Part shown: piece after piece, positions 57,429 to 64,000 of the stretch | How positions within the stretch are numbered: position 1 is the stretch's first letter | Layout of the letters: every line of letters starts with the position of its first letter | NCBI GenBank assembly: GCA_000708835.1 | Contig: DF237041.1 | Span: forward strand, 1-64,000 | Length of the DNA: 64,000 nt | Source of the DNA: Klebsormidium nitens | Taxonomy: Eukaryota; Plantae; Klebsormidiophyceae | Direction: 5' to 3' | Notes under the pieces: generated by a model | The model's database searches: none | The model's input: only the letters and a program-made list of their open reading frames with translations | Told to the model about the DNA's origin: nothing | Made by a program: the position numbers and the translations under genes

Positions 57429-60400
57429 ATGTCTACATGGGAGGAGCGGATGCAAGCGGAGAGAGGATGTCAACTAGAGCTCCAGAAGCAGAAGATTGGA
57501 GGCACTGCAGAGTTCCGAAAATGGGCCGTTCGAAATCATCCGGACAAGGGCGGGAAGCTCCGCGTGTTTCAGAAAGTGTCCGGGTAAGCGGTAGCGGACT
57601 GTGTTAAAAGCGCTGGAGAGACTTATCAGGTTTTTCAAAGGGTTTTCAAATCGCTCTTGGAAGAGAGAACCTGAGGGAGGATCTAAGAAGGTCTGTGAAG
57701 GGTGGTAAGGTGGTGGTAAGGTGTCCTCGCGTCTGCCTCTTTCACTGTTTTACCTGGGAGGTAAACACAAAGGCCCTTTGTGGAGTTTCTCAATCAATTT
57801 TTATATGCCGGGAAGCGCCTTTGAAGATGAGCAAGGTCGAGTCCCTTCTCAAAGTGGGCCAACAGACTTGTTTTCATGTATATGATCTAAACCAACGGTT
57901 TGCTCCCTTCAACATACTGTTGCTAGCAAGTGCTCTAGCTGTTGAGCATGTAAACTTGGTGGCAATCTGGCGCTTCTGAAGTCCATGGGTAACCAGGGAG
58001 CAACACAAAATCTTGGCGCCTCTCAATCTAGATTCTGGAGATGTTAAAACTCAGGCGCGTATCCAAAGTGCACTTGAGACGCGCCCTGAGAGCATCAGGC
58101 AAAAGCTTCCAAGTACGTCCCACCGCAGATACTGATTCGTCGAAGCCTAGTTTGGGTTTAGAAAGGATCTGTCCTGTCAAAAGCTAACCCACTTCTTATG
58201 CACTTCCCTCCTTTCTGAGGAGGTGTACTTCTGATGTTTTGTCTCTTTGTCACCTGGAAAATTACAGTGTCAGTCAGGGTATACACAGCCTCATTTCGGA
58301 AAGCCGTCAGTCCCTGTCCTGTATCATCGACACGTGAGACTGAGAAGATCTAGAGGGTTAACGTAGGGTAGGAGAATCGATGCAGTTTTGAAGTGAAAGC
58401 CCTTCTGCTGAATTATATACTTCACCTGCATCCACGAACTACCAGTCAGTCACTATTATGACAGCGTTCCCTTACTAAACAACGCTTTGTCGCTGCAGAT
58501 GCGTGGACTTGATGTATAAAACCTCTGAAGCAGACACCACTGGTCCGTCTACATCCTACTCCCAATCGACAAGTCGCCCCCCGGGAAAGCGAACCAAACC
58601 TCGGACCGCAAAACCCGCCCAGTCGGACTACTATTGGTCCGCTTACGAGGAGTACGAGTCGGACGACGACTTCATTTTTGGCGGCGGAACGCGCTTCTCC
58701 CGTGGGTCACAGTACCGACCGAGAGACGCGCGGCGGCGCGAAAGCAATCGCGCGTATGGATTCCGGGGGACGAGTCCGATGGACGACAACGTCACGTTCG
58801 AGGATTGGGAGGAGTTCGAAGAGTTTATCCGGGAGCATGTCAGGAAGCGGGAGTATGAGGCGCGGCGGACGGAAGAGACGCAGAAGGAACGGAAGAGGGA
58901 GAAGCGGAAGGAACGAGAGAAGGAGAGAGAAAAAGAACGGCAGGAGCGGGAAGCACGGCCGAGGGGGGGCAGGGACGGAAGGACGGAAACAGATGCGGCG
59001 AAGGCGCAACGGGCGACATCGCCAGATGAATGGCGAGGACCGGCGAGTGAGTACTGACAGTCGACTCCAGATTTTCTGCCGCTCTGGTCATTTGTTCTGT
59101 CGTCTGCTGACTTTGGGAAGTATGCACATCGCATGGCCCGGTAGCAGGCCAAAGGAAAGAGAACTTGCGATCCAGAACTATTTCCGCTTGTCGTGATAGC
59201 TCCAAGCACCGACGCTTTTCCGTCCGGATGGCTCGCAAAGTTGGCTGGCTGGCTTATTCCAATCAGGTTCAAGTAACTCAGGCTGCTAGCAAGGGGACGT
59301 ACAAGTCCGGAACCTCCCTTCCATCAACATCCAAGTCTGTAAGGCCTTCCGTGGCTGTCTTGCTTTAAGTACAAAGGTTATCAACGATGGGGTATCCGGC
59401 ACAAGACTTACAGATCACCTCAAATCCGGGACTCCAGAGGGCAGACATTGGAGTGCCTCTTGTCAACCTCAGCACCTGACCCAGTAACCTCGGCGCCGCT
59501 CCCCAGGGCTCTGCGGCTCGTATTTTCCTTGGGTGACGCCTTGCTCAGCTATTCCGATCCCCTTTCTACCCGAAGTCGGTCAAATTTTCAAGAGAGAGTG
59601 ACACCATCCTCGTCTGCGCAGATCCGTACCAGGCCCCAGAAGCGCCCAAGCCGTCGCGCAGGCGCCCCCCCCGTCAGGAGCCCAGGGAACGGACCCCCCG
59701 GGAGAAGGGCCGCGCTGCGGCGCAGGACTTTCTGCAGCGGCTGAAGCGCGCGTTTCAGTTCGAGGGGCAGACGAGGCAGCAGAGGGAGGGGGAGATGAGC
59801 TGGCGGCACCGGCTCTCGAGACCGCAGCGTAAGTCGTCAGTTGCAGCAATCTTCCGTTTCATTTTGTATTTCCAAGGTAAAGTTGAAGTGCGACAGGAAA
59901 TGATCTGTGGCTAGCTGCACTTGTGTGACTTCAGGGTGGATAGTTCCTATCTCTGCTTTGAACCGCCGTTTCTTCAAACACAGACGGCTCACTGCCGAGG
60001 TGCCTGAAAGATGGAAGACGGCAATCGGCGGACGTCCGAAGGAGAAATCAAAAAACATTCTGCTACCCTCAGCATAAATGTCATTTGCACTTAGCTTTAC
60101 GAAACGTGACGTACCGTTTCCTTCCAAGAGTGTCGGGCGATGCCAGAGACGGGGCTTGGGGCTTGTTTTTCTTGAACTGTTGAAGCTGCCTTGTCTTCTC
60201 TCAATTTGAGTTCGATGTCTGTCCCTAACAAAACGGGACCTAAAAAAACGGGCTACGCTGGGTCAAGCCTTCACACCCTCAAAAAACCAATATGTGCATG
60301 CTGGCGGCGCTTGCCCCGGCTTTGTATTCGTCTTCGTCTCTCGACTTGTCGATGCAAAGTCTTCCTCGAGCAACGCAAAAATCAGCCAACTGCGCTTCTC

Positions 60401-60454
60401 AATCATCCACCATGCGGCTTTATCGTACTGCCCGAGACGGCCAAGTTGTGTTGA
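57429..60454 (+). CDS. Protein with short atypical N-terminal J-domain (HPDKGG) followed by a charged/low-complexity region
   Basis: join(57429..57583,58499..59046,59622..59828, probably 60360..60454); phases match. Reads MSTWEE..EFRKWAVRNHPDKGGKLRVFQKVSGCVDLMY.., then a D/E-rich and R/E/K-rich stretch. The last exon is uncertain. Confidence 0.65.
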
Positions 60455-61871
60455 GGTAGGAATTCATTCCAGCCTTGGTTTCGCTTGACACTTGTCCCGG
60501 CTGAACCTGCGTGCAGTTGTATTCATGGTGGCGCAACTCACCTGCATCCAAAGCGTCTTCCTCAGCACAGCGTTCAGACGTTTGTGAGCGCCCACTAAGG
60601 AAGTTGATCGACTAGGCGCTGAAGCCCGCATAACTCGCGTCAATTGTACGCGACCGGCATATGCCACCTTGTAACGGACTGAGTTTGTCAACTATTGTGA
60701 TTGTTGGCTTTGCGATTCTTTGAAGGACGTCCGACGCGTTCGGGATTTAGTATGCATGGAGTTATGCATCCTTTTCAAGGGTCTTTTGGCTTGAGTTGAT
60801 GGTATATACTTTGGTCCAACTATATGTACGCGGTTGTCATGCTGAGTCAAACATGACACTGAGCTTGCCGATCGTTTGCACATGTACGTCGTTAGCTGTA
60901 CATCTGTTCTGATAGATTGGTGACAGGCGTACTTTATTTTCCCGGCGTCGTTCTGTGCAACTAAGCAACGATTTTACATCCCAATTCGGCGAGTCCGAGC
61001 AAAACTTCATGTGCGTGTCCGACTAGTATATTGCATCTGCAATATATGTTTTTACCACGTTCGCACTTAGGAGGGCGGCTAGTGACCGCGCAGAACGCAT
61101 GTATATGGCCGCGGTTTCGTGCATGTATGATGTGCGGTGCATTGCATGGCACGTAGATATGTGGCGCGGCGCAAGCTTCAGCATGCATCCGGTGCGTTAT
61201 AGCTATATATGATTTAACTAGTTTGACGGGCACAACGTGGTCGGAACGAAGCTTCACTGATACGAAACCTAAAGCGTTCATGCATGGAATGCATGCTTCT
61301 AAGTTCAAGGCCGCGTGCGTAGTCTCGAACTTAAAGAAGCACGGGGGATTCGTATCAATGATTACTATTGGCGGCTGGCCCCGGCCCGGCCAAATTGCAA
61401 AGATCGCCCATGCATGCAATAGTTGCAGTTCTTTTGACGGTAAGTAAAGCGTACGCGAGCGCGGCCGCTTGGGCGATGCCAGCCAGCTAGCGTGCTTTCA
61501 CATGGTTCAGATTAGAGTCGCTAATACGGTGCGGGTCAGGCAACCAATGTGGCAGCAACATTCACTTACACCGAACGACCGCACCAGAGTAAACTTATTG
61601 AGCATTGAACGGCGGCCTCCATCTACAAACCTAACACTGTCGTCTTACTTTTCCCAGGTGAATGGCTTTGTGCAGAGACTAACACACTCTGTCCATTTTG
61701 GGCAGGGTGCTTACTGATCAACGATTAATTTGAGAGTGTGCTCAGCCTTGGGAAAAGCAACAAGTGTAATGGCAGACAACAATGCCGGAAGGAACCTGGA
61801 CTCGTCTACTAGAGTTACAAGACTAGTTCAATACATAACAAGCGTATCCCACGGTATCGACTTCCAAGCAA

Positions 61872-63383
61872 TCAGTGGTGATACTTCTCTCCCTTCAAGA
61901 TAGTCCAGGCCCTATAAATCTGCTCCAATAACACAATGAGCGCCACCTCGTGGTTTAACACCATGCAAGAAAGGCGCACCACGACGTTTGCTCGGCTCCG
62001 GACTGCCGGGCTGTGGCCGTATGGACCCCCGATGCAGAACAGCAGAGCCGAGCAACCCTGCGCACGAGTAGCGATAGTCATACTTCGTATCGTGATCAAA
62101 CGTGGTGCACTCGAAGCTTGAAATTCCCACGACCTTGCGGCTCGCGAATGGTTTTCAATGTCGAATGAGCAGGTTAGTGACCCCCCTTGGCTCTTCGATA
62201 TTTTGTAAACATACAAAGCGGCAACGTACCCAACCGATTCTCGTCCAAAGCGCGTGCCACCATGCCAGTACGCGACTACTTTTAGGTGAAACAGCAGGGC
62301 GTAGCACAGCAGAACGCACTCACCACAGAGGATCGCTTTCAGGAGTATGGGCAAGCGCATTTTGCACTTCGCAACACTTGAACCTGAAAGCTTCATACCA
62401 AGGCACAATGCTCGGGGGAGGACTCTGAAGCCCGCTGCTAAGAAATCTTTCTGAGGCGTCTATTCACACACGTACACAGGGTTACAAAGTCATGCTCCCC
62501 AAGACATCATCTTCTTCGGCAGACGGCTTGTACGAACTTACCGTATCTCCTGCGTCCGCAACTAGGTCGGCAAGTTGTTCGGACGTCAGGTCGCGCCCGC
62601 GCTCGTCCAATACTACCTGACAATCGGTAGCAATTCTTCGCTGCATGCGAGCTTTTCTTGGTTTGAAGCACAGCAATAGATGAGTTCGCAAAACATTTCG
62701 CAAGTAAGGAAAAAGTTCATCGTACTCTGTGCGAACATCCGGAGAAACCTTGAAGACGATGCAACATTCTCTGGTCTTTTCCCTTGACACCAAGACTGTA
62801 ACAAAGGAGGCGGAGGATCCAATCCGCAAGGATGGACACTGGTTGGCCTTAATCTGTACTCCTGTCGAAAGGTGTCGGAAAGATCTGGTAGAACAATATC
62901 TAGTGCATTCATCTTCTCCGTCTTTCCTCTTGATACGATTTGGAATCACCAAGGAGATGGATGTCGTCGTCGCAAGGAACAAACAACGAAAGCCGTGGAA
63001 TTTCGACGATAAATCTTTGTATCAACTGGCAGCTCATATCTGCTTGCTTATTATTGACACAAAAAACTTTGAACCATCAACAGAGGCCAAAGCAGAGGAC
63101 AGAGACTTCCTGTTAAACTTGCACCAACGATCTCGTTAGCTTCTTGCAAGTCCTCTCGCCACAAATTCTTCCTTTCACTCCACCTTCAACCTTCTCTTTC
63201 GTCTTCTCTGCTTTCCCCTGTAAATTCTATGCAACCTTTCAAGGTCGTAGTACTGACGAATTTTCGAAAGCACGGAAAAACGAATTAGGGACTCCACGTA
63301 CGCTCTTGCTCACCACATAGTCTCGAGGGGTAATGCTTTTGAGCACTCGTTCGCCCTCGCTCGCGACTTGGACGTCCGCATCT
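61872..63383 (-). CDS. rlmH: RlmH-like SPOUT rRNA methyltransferase (At5g10620-like); 3' exons only, 5' part not located in window
   Basis: complement(join(61872..62057,62542..62616,63314..63383)). DADVQVASEG..DYVVVLDERGRDLTSEQLADLVADAGDTGCSALLFCIGGPYGH..LNHEVALIVLLEQIYRAWTILKGEKYHH*. Confidence 0.9.
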
Positions 63384-64000
63384 CTGCAGTGGGTCCACAC
63401 ATGTAATAGGATCATTCTGCAAGGCAACTCTTAGCTGCCGCCGACTGTTTGTGCGGAGTACGTCTTTGAGGGAATGGGTTGTTGAGAGGGTTCAGTGAAG
63501 GACAACTGACGTCCGCTTCCGAATACTTCTGACGAGCCAGCGTTTGAGAAACGAACGGACTCTCCATCAATAGTTTGGCTGGGTTTCCGGGTTCATTTGC
63601 GTGTAACGAGCTCCGAGAATGAAGAGCCGAAATAGTCCAGATCCTTCGAGTTGAACCAGCAAGTACTGCCTTGCGAATTGAAAGAACGAATCCCTGAATC
63701 GGGGTCGATCATAGCATGGGCAATAGCGCTGGGTAGGATGCAGCAAGGTGGCCGTTTGCATGAATGAAGGCCACATCGAGCCAATACTCAAAGAGGTTAA
63801 CTGGCGCCTTGTTCCTTTACCCCCCATACGCCAAATTGTGTGTGACTTTTTATGCTCCCGCAATTTAGACAAATCAATCCGACTTCGTCAAGCCAACTGA
63901 CAACATAACCAACAAACTCAGTCAAAAGTCGGAAAGCTGCTTGAGGCATGGGTTAGCCCTTTCCAACAGTGTCTATTTCTGAAGTCTTTTTTCACGGCCG

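Noticed and set aside
58643-59272. Long antisense ORFs over the J-domain gene (and similar ones over MEI2, DUF760 and GT exons)
   Set aside because: Shadow ORFs of GC-rich coding exons on the opposite strand.
63500-63520. gcggacgtc match to the RlmH exon start as a further echo
   Set aside because: Only 9 nt with no accompanying acceptor.

Overview
Eukaryotic, intron-rich nuclear DNA with one assembly gap (30760-31133). The gene set (plastid-targeted RPL11, DUF3007, DUF760 and RlmH-like genes, plus a MEI2-like gene) points to a green-lineage organism; a streptophyte alga such as Klebsormidium is my inference. I reconstructed ten spliced protein-coding genes by hand, and the nine with both ends in the window keep their reading frame across all junctions. 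They are: an SR45a/Tra2-like RS+RRM protein, a DUF3007 protein, a MEI2-like 3-RRM protein, a DUF760 UV-B-induced-like protein, an FAD-dependent monooxygenase, a ~1010-aa three-module glycosyltransferase-like fusion, a carboxypeptidase Q (M28), plastid RPL11, an atypical J-domain protein, and the 3' part of an RlmH-like SPOUT methyltransferase. Introns and intergenic DNA carry several short TIR elements (TA-flanked, TTAA-flanked, and one with a telomere-like core) and a 563-bp foldback. The most unusual signal is a recurrent pattern of 'splice-junction echoes'. In six introns of three unrelated genes, degenerate copies of the acceptor plus exon start, or of the exon end plus donor, are stacked next to the real junction. 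Every copy I traced would give a frameshift or premature stop if used. Other highlights are the triple glycosyltransferase-like fusion and a TT instead of GT 5' splice site in the carboxypeptidase gene with an in-frame rescue donor 81 nt downstream. No tRNA, rRNA, CRISPR array or autonomous transposase was recognised.
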